DNA of 64,000 bases from an uncultured delta proteobacterium (GCA_963743525.1 CAVUQH010000002.1:96001-160000); one strand, 5' to 3'. Numbered from the stretch's first letter, positions 1 to 10,049 are shown. Made by a program: numbers and translations. The notes: a model not told the origin generated them from the sequence alone.

Positions 1-364
1 GGATCCCGATCTGTGGCTGCTGCGCACCCACCTCTACGATCAGGACGACAACCCGACGCTGCTGCCGTGGCTGGCGACCCGCGCCGACAGCGAACTGCTG
101 CCGGCGGCGGTGACCAACGACCCGTCCGACCCCGGCTACTACCACTCTCGCAGTCACAGCTATCACGTCAACGTCGTGCCCGACGAGATCGACATGCGCG
201 TCCACGTGCGCCCGGTCGGCCTGGAGATCGGCGCGGTGCTGGTCGACCTCGGCGCCATCGCTCCGTCGGTGGCCGCCGCGGTGCCGACGTTCACGCTGAC
301 GCCGACCGAGATCACCTGGCGCACCGAGGACGGCTACGGCTGCGTCACGGGGAGGAATCCATGA
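1..364 (+). CDS. 3' end of a hypothetical protein (partial, begins before the window)
   Basis: Frame open from base 2 (DPDLWLLRTHLY...GYGCVTGRNP*), GC3-rich codons, stop overlaps the next ATG (ATGA). Confidence 0.7.
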   Translation, partial: DPDLWLLRTHLYDQDDNPTLLPWLATRADSELLPAAVTNDPSDPGYYHSRSHSYHVNVVPDEIDMRVHVRPVGLEIGAVLVDLGAIAPSVAAAVPTFTLTPTEITWRTEDGYGCVTGRNP

Positions 365-582
365 CCGCCCTGATCCGAACCGCCGTACTGGCGCTGCTGA
401 CCGCCGCCCTGCTCGGCGGATGCCTGCGGGTTCAGCCGTACCAGCGAGAGACCCTGGCCCACCCGGGCATGCGCGCGGCGCCGTGGCCGGCGATCGAGCG
501 CAGCAGCCAGCACATCGACGAGGTCCGCGAGGGCAGCCACGGCGCGTCCGGACACGCCGGCGGAGGCTGCGGATGCAACTGA
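361..582 (+). CDS. DUF4266-type small lipoprotein
   Basis: GGAGG RBS, lipobox LLGGC, V.PYQR..LA motif, C-terminal GGGCGCN. Confidence 0.85.
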   Translation: MTALIRTAVLALLTAALLGGCLRVQPYQRETLAHPGMRAAPWPAIERSSQHIDEVREGSHGASGHAGGGCGCN

Positions 583-1700
583 CACGCGCGCTGGCGCTGG
601 CCGCCACTCTCGCGATCCCGGCCCGCACCTGGGCCGACCCGCCGCCCGACGACGCCGGCACGAGCGACCGCCGCGCCACCGCCAGCCTGACGGTCTACTC
701 CGACGACGATCACATGACGGTGACCACCCCGCGCGCAGGCGCCCAGGCGCGCGCCAGCGAGCGCGTGGTGATCGACGTTAACGCCACCGCCGACATCATC
801 TCGGGCGCGTCGATCGACGTGGTCAGCGAGGCGTCGCCGTCGCCCATTCGCGAGACCCGGCTGGCCGCCGGCTTCGGCGCCACGGTCGCCCTGTCGCGAA
901 CGGTGGCCGGCCGCGCGCGGGCGCTGGTATCGCACGAGAGCGACTACCGGTCGCTGGGCGTCGAGCTCGGCGGCGCGTGGGATCTTGCCCGGCGCAACAC
1001 CACCCTCGACCTCGAGCTGGCCGCACGCACCGATCGGGTCGGCAACGCCATGGACCCGACCATGTCGGAGCCGCGCGACGGCGAGACGATCACCTTCACC
1101 GTGACCCAGGCGCTGGATCCGCTGACCTTCGTCAACGTCGTGGTCGATGGCTCGCGCGATCACGGCTTCCTCGAGAGCGCCTACCGCACGGTGCCGATCT
1201 ACGACCCGCTGTCGCCCGACACCATGCGCGTGTCCGAGGAGGTTCCCGACCGGCGGCTGTCGCTGGCCGGCCTGGCTCGCGTGCGCCGCGCGCTGACCCG
1301 GCACCTGTTCGTCCACGCCGACTACCGCTACTACGCCGACGACTGGTCGATCGGCAGCCACACCGTGTCGGCCACGCTGATCGCCGAGCCGCTCGACCGA
1401 GTCCGCATCGGCGCCGGCGGTCGCTACTACCGGCAGTCGGCCGCAGATTTCTACCAGGCGCGCTACGACCTGGTGGACGGCGCGGCGCCCGATCTGCGCA
1501 CCCGTGACCGCCGTCTGGGCCGAATGTCCAGCGAGACCGCCAATGTCACCGTCGACCTCGCGCTGACCGGCGCGCGCCCCGAGGACGGCGTGCGCCTGTC
1601 GATGTCGGCGGTGGCGATGCGCTTCTCGTGGCCCGACTTTCCCGCGCAAACTCGCCGCAGCGCCCTGGCGCTGACCCTGGGCGCCGTGTCTGCCTTCTAG
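573..1700 (+). CDS. DUF3570-type outer-membrane beta-barrel protein
   Basis: Signal peptide, D.ISGAS.DVV and E.DY.S motifs, YRYYADDW.I.SHT, terminal F; follows DUF4266. Confidence 0.8.
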   Translation: MQLTRALALAATLAIPARTWADPPPDDAGTSDRRATASLTVYSDDDHMTVTTPRAGAQARASERVVIDVNATADIISGASIDVVSEASPSPIRETRLAAGFGATVALSRTVAGRARALVSHESDYRSLGVELGGAWDLARRNTTLDLELAARTDRVGNAMDPTMSEPRDGETITFTVTQALDPLTFVNVVVDGSRDHGFLESAYRTVPIYDPLSPDTMRVSEEVPDRRLSLAGLARVRRALTRHLFVHADYRYYADDWSIGSHTVSATLIAEPLDRVRIGAGGRYYRQSAADFYQARYDLVDGAAPDLRTRDRRLGRMSSETANVTVDLALTGARPEDGVRLSMSAVAMRFSWPDFPAQTRRSALALTLGAVSAF

Positions 1701-1720
1701 GTGGGTGCTACGGTCCAGGA

Positions 1721-2845
1721 ATGGCCGAGCACGTCTTCCTCGTCCCCGGATTCTTCGGCTTCGCCAATCTGGGTGAGCTGAAGTACTTCGCGCACGTGGC
1801 CGACGAGCTGACTCGAGCCTGCGCCCGCCGCGACTGCGACGTGCGCGTGCACTACGTGCCGACGCTGCCGACGGCATCGCTGCGCCGCCGGGCCGCGCAG
1901 CTGGTCGAGGTGATCGGCACCCGCGCCGGCGACGGCGGCCCGGTGCACATCGTCGGTCACTCCACCGGCGGCCTCGACGCCCGCCTGGCGGTCACGCCCA
2001 ACGCCGAGCTGGGCACGCCGCGCAACGACCTCCTGGCCCGCGTGCGCACCGTGGTGTCGGTGGCAACGCCCCACTACGGCGCGCCGATCGCCAACTTCTT
2101 CACCAGCGTGATGGGCCAACGGCTGCTGCGGCTGTTGTCGCTCACGACGATTCATGGCCTGCGCCTGGGCCGCATCCCCATCCCCGCGCTGTTGGCCCTG
2201 GCCGGCGCGCTGCGCCTGCCCGGGCGCTTCCCGCGGCCGACGCGCAGCATGCTCGACCAGGTGCAGCGGCAAGTGCTGGCCGACTTCGGCCCCGAGCGAC
2301 GGGCCGAGATCGAGTCGTTCATCGGCCAGGTGGGCGAGGACCAGTCACTGCTGCCGCAGCTGTCGTCGGCGGGAATGGACGTGTTCAACGCCGCCGTCGT
2401 CGACAACCCCGAGGTGCGCTACGCCTGCGTGGTCACCCGCTCGCGCCCGCCGGCGCTGGGCGGCAACCTGAAGCTGGGCGCAGCTCCCGGAGCGCAGGCG
2501 ATGTACGGCCTCTATCGCGCGCTGTACGCCCTGGCCGGCGCCAGCGAGGTGCCGGCGCCGCCGCCGACCGCGGCCCAGCTCGACGCCCTGCGCCGCGGCT
2601 TCGGCGACACGCCCAAACCCGGCGCCAACGACGCCATCGTGCCGACCCGTTCCCAGCTGTGGGGCGAGGTCATCTACGCCACCTGGGCCGACCACCTCGA
2701 CGTCGTCGGCCACTTTGCGTCGCCCCGAAGCCACCCGCCTCACGTCAACTGGCTGACCACCCTCAGCAGCTTCGGCCGGCAGAATTTCACCGAGCTGTGG
2801 AGTCGCATCGCCGACTTCGTGGCCCAACCGGAGGCACGAGCATGA
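1721..2845 (+). CDS. alpha/beta-hydrolase (triacylglycerol lipase-like)
   Basis: LVPGFFGF oxyanion motif, GHSTGG nucleophile elbow, TPHYG, NDAIVP, DHLDVVGH. Confidence 0.85.
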   Translation: MAEHVFLVPGFFGFANLGELKYFAHVADELTRACARRDCDVRVHYVPTLPTASLRRRAAQLVEVIGTRAGDGGPVHIVGHSTGGLDARLAVTPNAELGTPRNDLLARVRTVVSVATPHYGAPIANFFTSVMGQRLLRLLSLTTIHGLRLGRIPIPALLALAGALRLPGRFPRPTRSMLDQVQRQVLADFGPERRAEIESFIGQVGEDQSLLPQLSSAGMDVFNAAVVDNPEVRYACVVTRSRPPALGGNLKLGAAPGAQAMYGLYRALYALAGASEVPAPPPTAAQLDALRRGFGDTPKPGANDAIVPTRSQLWGEVIYATWADHLDVVGHFASPRSHPPHVNWLTTLSSFGRQNFTELWSRIADFVAQPEARA

Positions 2846-3210
2846 TCATCGACGAGCGGATCGACCCCGACGGCGCGGTCGTCGCCACCACCCTGGAAGG
2901 CGGCGGCGATGTGATGTTCCTGCGCGACGGGCCGACTGCGGTCACGCTGAGCGGCGCGGTGGTCGCCGCGGTGGTCAGTCGCTACGGCCACGAGCTCGAC
3001 CCCGAGGCCGCAAGCCGCGCCGATGAGCGCGGCGCCTTGCTGCTCGACGGTGGCCGCCGCTTGCGCGCGCTGTCGTTTCGCGCCGGTGTCAACGTCGAGC
3101 CGCGACTGTACCTGGTGCTCGAGGACGGCGGCCCGCCGATCGCCGCCCTCGGCCGCGAGGTCGCCGGCGCGCTGCGCCACCTGGCCGCGCGCGCCACCAG
3201 CACCGCGTGA
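2842..3210 (+). CDS. hypothetical protein
   Basis: ATGA coupling to lipase, GGAGG RBS, coding-like GC3. Confidence 0.7.
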   Translation: MIIDERIDPDGAVVATTLEGGGDVMFLRDGPTAVTLSGAVVAAVVSRYGHELDPEAASRADERGALLLDGGRRLRALSFRAGVNVEPRLYLVLEDGGPPIAALGREVAGALRHLAARATSTA

Positions 3211-3267
3211 GCGTGAGACGACCATGAGGACGCTGGCCGGCGCGCCGGTCGGCCCTACAGTGACGAC

Positions 3268-4017
3268 ATGGGCAATGGTCCTCCCATGGATCGCGCGCAG
3301 ACGAGACGCATGCCGCGCGCATGCGCCCCCCGCGTCGACGCGGCCATCGAAGCCCGCCAGATCTACGTCGACCTGCAGCCGATCATCGACCTGCAGAACG
3401 GCTCGGTCTACGCCTACGAGGCGCTGGTCCGCAGCACGCTGCCCGAGCTGGCGACGCCGATCCAGCTGCTGTCGGCGGCGGCGCAGCAGGGCCTGCTGGG
3501 GCGCCTGGGCCGGGAGATCCGCCGCTGCGCGGTCGCCGCTGCCTGCGGCGCGCGGCTGTTCGTCAACATCCACCCCGACGAGCTCGACGAGGAGTGGCTG
3601 TCGCGGCCGGACGACCCGATCTACGGCTACGACGGCGAGGTCTACGTCGAGGTCCCCGAGTCGGCGCCGCTGGTGCGTTATCGCTTCGCCCGCTCGACCC
3701 TGACCGAGCTGCGCGCCCGCGGCGTGCGCGTGGCCATGGACGACTTCGGCGCCGGCTACTCGAACCTGGCCTACATCGCCGAACTGGCGCCGGACGTGGT
3801 CAAGCTCGACCGCGAGCTGGTGCTGGGCGTCGTCCCCGGCTCGCGACGACACAAGCTGCTGGCATCGCTGGCGGCGCTGTGCGCCTCGCAGGGAGCCACC
3901 GTGGTCGCCGAGGGGATCGAGCAGCAACACGAGCTGGTCGCCGTCACCAGCGCCGGCATCCCGCTGGCCCAGGGCTTCCTCCTCGGTCGCCCGCAGCGCG
4001 CGCCGTTACCTGGCTGA
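3268..4017 (+). CDS. stand-alone EAL-domain c-di-GMP phosphodiesterase (start uncertain)
   Basis: LQPII, YEALVR, LFVNI, DDFGAGYS, KLD, AEGIE, QGFLLGRP. Confidence 0.9.
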   Translation: MGNGPPMDRAQTRRMPRACAPRVDAAIEARQIYVDLQPIIDLQNGSVYAYEALVRSTLPELATPIQLLSAAAQQGLLGRLGREIRRCAVAAACGARLFVNIHPDELDEEWLSRPDDPIYGYDGEVYVEVPESAPLVRYRFARSTLTELRARGVRVAMDDFGAGYSNLAYIAELAPDVVKLDRELVLGVVPGSRRHKLLASLAALCASQGATVVAEGIEQQHELVAVTSAGIPLAQGFLLGRPQRAPLPG

Positions 4018-5586
4018 GCGGACGCGGCGTTCCAGGCGGCGCAGGCTGTCGTGGACGTCACTGCGCAGCGACGGGGTGCGCAGGGCGTCCTGGAAGGGAA
4101 TGCGCCGGTAGTCGGCGCGCAACTTGCTCACCGCGGCCTCGCCCCGCTTGCCCGCCAGGGCCTCGATCTGTTCGCCGACGTGGACGTACAGCTCGGTGAG
4201 CGAGCGGGTGGTGATCGGCGCCGCCGGTTTGCCCGGTGCGGCGGCGTCGGCCCGACGCGCCGGCGGACGACTCACTGCTGCATCAGGCCGCCGCTTGCGC
4301 TGCGCGACCGCGGGGCTGGCTCCGGCGTCGGGGAGATCGACGGCGACCGGCGCCGCGTCGATGGCAACCACGGGCGGCGCCACGGCGGCGAGTCCGGCGT
4401 CGGCCGGCGCGAGCGCGACCGCGTCCGCCCGGCCGCCCGAGCCGCCGCGGGTCAGCAGCACCACGGTGACGGCACCAGCGACGAGCAAGAGCAGCAGCGC
4501 AGCCCACAGCCACGCTCGCGACCGGCGGCTGGCGGCCACGACCTCATCGGTGGTCGGCGCCTCGGGCACCGCCGGGCCGCGCACGGTGGCGGCATCGCCC
4601 GAGACCTCGCGCTCGATGGCCACCGGCGGCGCAGCCAGCGCGTCGAGCGCGTCGATGACCTCGGCCGCCGACTGGTAGCGGGCCTCGGGCCGCTTGGCCA
4701 TCAGCTTCATGCAGATCGCCTCGAGCCCGGGGTCAACCCGCAGCCCGGGGATCCGCTCGGCGAACGGCGGAGGATCGACGGCCATGTTGGCCCGCGCGAT
4801 CTGCAGCGGCGAGCCCTCGAACGGCAGCACTCCGGCCAGGAGCTCGTACATCAACACGCCGAGACTGAACAGGTCGGTGCGGTGATCGATCTCGCCGCCC
4901 ATCGCCTGCTCGGGAGCCATGTACGCCGGCGTGCCCAGCACCAGCCCCTCGGTGGTCAAGCGCTCGTCGTCGGCTTCGGTGAGGATGGCGATGCCGAAGT
5001 CGACGATGCGCGGCACCTCGCGGCCGTCGCGGCGGGTGACGATGACGTTCTCGCTCTTGAAGTCGCGGTGGACCAGCCCCTGGTCGTGGGCGTAGGCCAG
5101 GCCGCGGCAGAGCTGGGTGACCAGATCGATGACCCGCTCGCGCGACAGCGGCGCCTCGCGGGCGATCAGCTCGTACAGCTCTTCGCCCTCGACGAAGTCC
5201 ATGACCAGGTAGAGCAGCCGCTCGTTGGTCTCGCCGAAGTCGACCACCGAGATGACGTTGGGGTGCTCGAGCCGGCTGGCCGCCTCGGCCTCGCGCGCGA
5301 ACCGCTCGCGCATCTTCTCGTCCGTGGCGTGGTCGCCGAACAGCACCTTGACGGCAAAGCGCCGGCTTACCCGCTGGTGCCTGGCCTGGTAGACCCGGCC
5401 CATTCCGCCCTCGCCGATGCACGCCTCGATGACGTAGCGGTCGGCGAAGGTCTTGCCGACCAGCGGATCGTCGTCGAGCTCGGTCAGCGGCGCGCCGTCG
5501 ATGGGGCAGCGGGCAAAGCCGGTGCGAAAGACGGACCGACACGACGGGCAGCCGTAGCGCCGCTGTGCCGCGGCTGCGGTGGTCAG
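4006..5586 (-). CDS. Ser/Thr protein kinase with N-terminal Cys-ribbon-like segment and a TM helix (probable CTG start)
   Basis: IGEGGMGRVY, FAVK, HRDFKSEN, DFG, GTPAYMAPE; CPSC...CPID N-terminus; hydrophobic TM. Confidence 0.92.
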   Translation of the reverse strand: MTTAAAAQRRYGCPSCRSVFRTGFARCPIDGAPLTELDDDPLVGKTFADRYVIEACIGEGGMGRVYQARHQRVSRRFAVKVLFGDHATDEKMRERFAREAEAASRLEHPNVISVVDFGETNERLLYLVMDFVEGEELYELIAREAPLSRERVIDLVTQLCRGLAYAHDQGLVHRDFKSENVIVTRRDGREVPRIVDFGIAILTEADDERLTTEGLVLGTPAYMAPEQAMGGEIDHRTDLFSLGVLMYELLAGVLPFEGSPLQIARANMAVDPPPFAERIPGLRVDPGLEAICMKLMAKRPEARYQSAAEVIDALDALAAPPVAIEREVSGDAATVRGPAVPEAPTTDEVVAASRRSRAWLWAALLLLLVAGAVTVVLLTRGGSGGRADAVALAPADAGLAAVAPPVVAIDAAPVAVDLPDAGASPAVAQRKRRPDAAVSRPPARRADAAAPGKPAAPITTRSLTELYVHVGEQIEALAGKRGEAAVSKLRADYRRIPFQDALRTPSLRSDVHDSLRRLERRVRSAR

Positions 5587-6485
5587 AAACTGCCTCCGAT
5601 CGACAGCGACAACCCGCCGCTCGCGACCCCCACGGCGACCGGCGGCGGCGCAGCGGCCGGCGCCGGGGCACGTTCGCCACCGGAACGATAGTAGAGGACC
5701 AGCGTCGTGACTCCGGCCGCGACCGCGCCGCCGAGCAGGAGGTCGGCGGCCAGCGCGTGGCTGCGCAGGCTGTCGATGCGGCTCTGCGAGCACGGCGGCG
5801 CCGACGAGTGCCGGCAGTCGTCCGCGGCCAGGGCGTTGTACTTGTTGCGCGCGCTCAGCGCGAAGATGCCGCCACCGAGCAGCGCCGCGGCGCCGGCGCC
5901 GGCGGCGATCCACGCTCCGCGCGTCAGGTGGTGGCCGTCGTCGGCGCGCGTCGCTCCAGCGCCGGGCACGACGATGACCTTGGTCTCGGGGCCGCGCTGC
6001 TGGCGGGCGATGTGCGGCAGCAGCGCGTGCGCCGCCTTGCGAAAGACCGCCACCGGATCGTCGCCGGCGTTCAGCGTGATGCGCGCGCGCGAGGTGACGC
6101 GGCCGCTGGCGACGTCGGCCCAGGTCGGGTCGATCTGCAGCTGGTCACCCATGCGCACGATGACCAGGAACAACAGCTCGTCGGCATCGAGCCGGCGGCC
6201 GATGTGAACGCGACACGGCGCGTTGGCCACGCACTCGTCGGGCAGCCCGCCCGCCGGCAAGCGGCGCTCGGTCTCGGCGCCGCTGACCATGTCAACCGGC
6301 AGCTCGGCCGACAACCCCCTGGCCAGCTGATCCGACAGCGCGCGCGCCTCGGCGGCGTCAACGTTGACCCGCACCGAGACCACCACGCCGATCCGGCGGT
6401 CTACCTGGGCCGAGGCCGCGCGCGCGCCACCCGCGAGGATGGCCAGCGCAACGGCAGAAACGATGATCCAGCGTTGCATCCCCAT
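5583..6485 (-). CDS. secreted/membrane hypothetical protein
   Basis: Signal peptide, C-terminal hydrophobic hairpins, myxobacterial-type ...LSLSIGGSF end. Confidence 0.75.
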   Translation of the reverse strand: MGMQRWIIVSAVALAILAGGARAASAQVDRRIGVVVSVRVNVDAAEARALSDQLARGLSAELPVDMVSGAETERRLPAGGLPDECVANAPCRVHIGRRLDADELLFLVIVRMGDQLQIDPTWADVASGRVTSRARITLNAGDDPVAVFRKAAHALLPHIARQQRGPETKVIVVPGAGATRADDGHHLTRGAWIAAGAGAAALLGGGIFALSARNKYNALAADDCRHSSAPPCSQSRIDSLRSHALAADLLLGGAVAAGVTTLVLYYRSGGERAPAPAAAPPPVAVGVASGGLSLSIGGSF

Positions 6486-6492
6486 GTCGAGT

Positions 6493-7461
6493 CTACTCCA
6501 CCCGGGAGTCCCGCGCCCCCGGCTGCGTATCGAGCGCCCGTGCCAACGCCCGAGCGACCTGCCGCGCGCTGTCGTAGCGACGGCCCGGATCGGCGGCGAG
6601 CAGCTTCAGGGCGATCTGTTCGAGCGCCGGATCGACCACCAGATGGCTGCTGCGCGCGGCGATCGGCGGCGCGGGCTCGGCGCTCTGGCGCAGCGCACGC
6701 GCCACCGGCGTGCCGTCGAACGGATGTACGCCGGACAAGAGCTCGTACAGGATCACGCCCAGCGCGTACAGATCGGCGCGGTGGTCGGGTGGCGCTCCCT
6801 GCACTACCTCGGGCGCCATGTAACCGGGAGTGCCGCGCAGCTTGCGCGTGGCCCGCCGCGGCGGCACGTCACCGGGAGCGTGGGCCAGGTCGAAGCCGCC
6901 CAGCTGCGGCAGCTCGCGGTCGCCGAGCCCGGCGACGACCACGCGCGACGGCGCCAGCGCACCGTGGACGATGCCGGCATCGTGGAGGTAGGCGAGCGCC
7001 GCACACAGACCGCGGGTGAGCACCGACAGCCGCTGGCGGCCGACCGGTGCGTCGCGCTCGATCACCTGGTCCAGAGTCGGACCGGAGCACGGCTCGGCGA
7101 TGAAGTACGGCAGCCCGGCCTCGGTGCGCCCGGCGTCGACGACCTCCTGAATGTGTGGATGCGACAGCGTCCCGGCGATGCGCGCGCCGCGCTCGAAGCG
7201 AGCTCGCGCGCTGCCCACGGCCGCGCGCTCGCCGCACAGCACGTGAACCTCGACCGCCTGGCCGGCGTAAACCGCGTGGTAGACGCGCGACTCGCGGCGC
7301 TCGCCGGCCAGCGCCACCACCAGGTAGCGGCCGCCGATCCGGTAGTCGATCATCGGATCCGGGGGAATCGGCCGCGTCGCCGTGCCGCACAGCGGGCAGC
7401 AGGCGACCTGCCGGCGGAAGACCGCGCGACAGCGGGGGCAGTGAACGCGCCGGGCCAGCAT
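6493..7461 (-). CDS. Ser/Thr kinase-fold pseudokinase with N-terminal CxxC...CxxC ribbon
   Basis: Keeps GTPGYMAPE and ADLYALG; catalytic motifs replaced (HGALAPSR for HRDLKPEN, GFD for DFG, no beta3 Lys). Confidence 0.85.
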   Translation of the reverse strand: MLARRVHCPRCRAVFRRQVACCPLCGTATRPIPPDPMIDYRIGGRYLVVALAGERRESRVYHAVYAGQAVEVHVLCGERAAVGSARARFERGARIAGTLSHPHIQEVVDAGRTEAGLPYFIAEPCSGPTLDQVIERDAPVGRQRLSVLTRGLCAALAYLHDAGIVHGALAPSRVVVAGLGDRELPQLGGFDLAHAPGDVPPRRATRKLRGTPGYMAPEVVQGAPPDHRADLYALGVILYELLSGVHPFDGTPVARALRQSAEPAPPIAARSSHLVVDPALEQIALKLLAADPGRRYDSARQVARALARALDTQPGARDSRVE

Positions 7462-7530
7462 CGGTCCCCAGACTGCCGCTTCCCTGCGTCCAGGCGAAAC
7501 CGGAACCAGCGTGAGGCGTGCGTGAGGTGG

Positions 7531-8346
7531 TCAGCCGCGGACGGGCCAGGCCAGGCGGTAGCCGGCGCCCTTGCGGCTCTCGATCAGGTCGGCGAGCCCG
7601 GCGCCCTTGATCTTGCGCCGCACCCGGCGGACCAGCTCGCGCACGTTCTCGCCGTCGGCGGCGACCGAGTTGAAATCGAGAGAGCGGGCGAGCTCGGCCG
7701 AGGCGACGAACGCGCGCACCGGATCGACGGCGCCGGCTCGTCGCAGCGCCAGCAGGCGCAGCAGGCCGAACTCGAGCCGCCCGAAGTCGACCTCGCCGTC
7801 GCTCCAGCGGGCGATGCCACTGCCCTCGCCCAGCTCGACCAGCTCGACCTCGCGGTCGGCGACCTGCACCCGGGCGGCCAGCGCCAGCTGCTCGCCCGGC
7901 GTCGGAACCGTGCCGCCGGAGCCGCGCTCGGGCGCCAGCGCCGGCATCGCCGAGGCCAGGAAGTAGAACGACACGTCGCCGAAACGAACCTGGTCACCGT
8001 CGAACAGCCGCGCCGCCTGGGCCTTTTCGCCGTTGACCCAGCTGCCGTTGAGGCTGCCGCGGTCGCGCAGCTGGACGCCGTTTTCGCGCACGTTGATCTC
8101 GGCGTGCAGGGCCGACACCGAGTGATGCAGCACCGACAGGTCACACTCGGCGCTGCGACCGACGGCGGTGACCCGCCCGATCGGATGGGTCGCGCCCCAC
8201 TGGTCAACCAATGTGGCGACGCTGCCCGAGGCGCCGCGGTGGACGATCTGCTCGGCGGTGATGTCGGTCGCGCTGGCGAGGGCGTCGGCGTCGCGCGCGC
8301 ACAAGCCACCCACCGCATCCGCCGCTCCGCAGCGCAAACAGGCCAT
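7531..8346 (-). CDS. FHA domain + OmpR-type winged-helix transcription regulator
   Basis: VGRS...SVSALHA...DRGSLNGSWVNG (FHA); C-terminal LVRRVRRKI...IESRKGAGYRL. Confidence 0.85.
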   Translation of the reverse strand: MACLRCGAADAVGGLCARDADALASATDITAEQIVHRGASGSVATLVDQWGATHPIGRVTAVGRSAECDLSVLHHSVSALHAEINVRENGVQLRDRGSLNGSWVNGEKAQAARLFDGDQVRFGDVSFYFLASAMPALAPERGSGGTVPTPGEQLALAARVQVADREVELVELGEGSGIARWSDGEVDFGRLEFGLLRLLALRRAGAVDPVRAFVASAELARSLDFNSVAADGENVRELVRRVRRKIKGAGLADLIESRKGAGYRLAWPVRG

Positions 8347-8440
8347 GTCGGAGATCAGACCACGCGCGGGCGCCGGCCACAAGTCGTGAGACCGTCGTGA
8401 GGTCACCCACCACCGCGCTGACTCGGGTAACCTGTTGGCG

Positions 8441-9988
8441 ATGTCGTCGTGTGCGCGAACCGTGACTGGCGCCCTGCTCTGCAGCCTGGTCGCGAGCTCC
8501 GGCGGATGTAGCCTGATCTACGACGCCGGTGACTTCAACGCCTCGGACGCGGCCCCGCCTATGGCCGACGCGATGCCGCCGCCCGACGTCGACCCGACGA
8601 TGCTGTCGCTCGACGCGGTGACCCCCGACACGGTGCTCGAGGGCGAGGGCAGCATGGCCACCGGCCGGGCCATTCCCCTTCTCGTCACCGGCAACAGCAT
8701 CGCCGCGGACGCAGTGATCCGGATCGAGCTGGCCGGCGGCGCCGACGCCGGCACCGTACCGATCGAAGTCGGCGACACCGTGGTGTCAACCGACGGCACC
8801 ATGGCCGCGACCACGATCCGCGTGCCGGTGATGGACACGGTCGGGCAAGGCGAGAGCCTGCTCCTGCGCGTGATCGTCGACCAGACCGGCGCGTCTGCGG
8901 GGCTCGACTTCACCGTCACCGGCCTCGATGAGCTCGAGGTCGCCGGCGGCACCCTGACCACGCAGAGCGCCGGCCTGGCGGCGGCCTACTCGCGCATCAC
9001 CTTCGCCCAGGGCGTGCATCTTGCCGGCACCGGGCCGGCTCGCTTCCACGCCACCTCCGAGATCATCGTGTCCGCCGCGGTCAACGCCGACGGCCAGAGC
9101 GACGGCACCGCCGGCGCCGGTGGTTGTTCCGGTGGCGCCGGCGAGACCGCCGGCAACTGCGGCAACGGCGGCGGCGGCCAGGGCACCAGCGGCGTGTTGC
9201 AGAGCGGACCCGGCGGCGGCGGCGGCGGCTTCGGCGGTGTCGGCCAGCAGGGCGCCGGCGGCATGGCCAACGCGCCCGCGGGCGGCGGCGGCATGGCGAC
9301 CGGCAACGACATGCTGGTGCCGATCGCCACCGAGGCGGGCCAGCCGGGCAACCGCGGCAACGGCGGCGGCGGTGGCGGCACCGGCGTGCTCGCGGGCGCC
9401 GCGGGCAACGGCGGCGGCGGCGGCGGCGTGATCGATCTCAGCTGCGACGGCACCGTCACCATCACCGGTGGTGGCGCGCTGCGGGCCAAAGGCGGTGACG
9501 GCGTCGCGGGCGGCGGCCTCGGCGGCGGCGGTGGTGGCGGCGGATCCGGCGGCGCCATCCTGGTGCGCGCCCCCGGTGGACTGATCGACGAGACCGCGGG
9601 CAGCGTGGTGTCGGCGAGCGGCGGCGGCAACGGCGGCGGCAACGGCGGCAACGGATCCGGCGGCCGCATCCGCATCGACTCGCCGGCCGATCCGAGCGCC
9701 ACGGTCGCGGCACCAGCACCGGTGCGGGGCCCGCTGTGGCGCGCCGACCTGCCGGCCATCGTCCGCCAGCCGTCGCTCACCGGCACCGTCGTCGGCGCCC
9801 CGGGTCGCGCCTTCGCGGTCTGGGTCGACGACAATGAGCAGTCGGCGGTCACCCCCGGCGGCGGCGGCAGCAAGCAGGTGACCGTGCCGCTGGTTGCCGG
9901 CCTCAACCACGTGTGCGTCTTCGCCGGCGCGCAGGCCGATTTCCGCGCCGAGGCGTCGATGTGCCGCGCCGTGGTCTACCTGCCGTAG
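8441..9988 (+). CDS. glycine-rich secreted lipoprotein
   Basis: Signal peptide ending GGCS, repeated GGGGGG.GG.I motifs. Confidence 0.75.
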   Translation: MSSCARTVTGALLCSLVASSGGCSLIYDAGDFNASDAAPPMADAMPPPDVDPTMLSLDAVTPDTVLEGEGSMATGRAIPLLVTGNSIAADAVIRIELAGGADAGTVPIEVGDTVVSTDGTMAATTIRVPVMDTVGQGESLLLRVIVDQTGASAGLDFTVTGLDELEVAGGTLTTQSAGLAAAYSRITFAQGVHLAGTGPARFHATSEIIVSAAVNADGQSDGTAGAGGCSGGAGETAGNCGNGGGGQGTSGVLQSGPGGGGGGFGGVGQQGAGGMANAPAGGGGMATGNDMLVPIATEAGQPGNRGNGGGGGGTGVLAGAAGNGGGGGGVIDLSCDGTVTITGGGALRAKGGDGVAGGGLGGGGGGGGSGGAILVRAPGGLIDETAGSVVSASGGGNGGGNGGNGSGGRIRIDSPADPSATVAAPAPVRGPLWRADLPAIVRQPSLTGTVVGAPGRAFAVWVDDNEQSAVTPGGGGSKQVTVPLVAGLNHVCVFAGAQADFRAEASMCRAVVYLP

Positions 9989-10049
9989 ACCCGCCGGGGT
10001 AATTCCCCCAGCGCTTGTGCGACGGCGCGTCACCGGGCAAGCTCGGCCG

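Noticed and set aside
9100..9670. GGC-rich tracts as a DNA repeat element
   Set aside because: Explained by poly-Gly coding in the lipoprotein.
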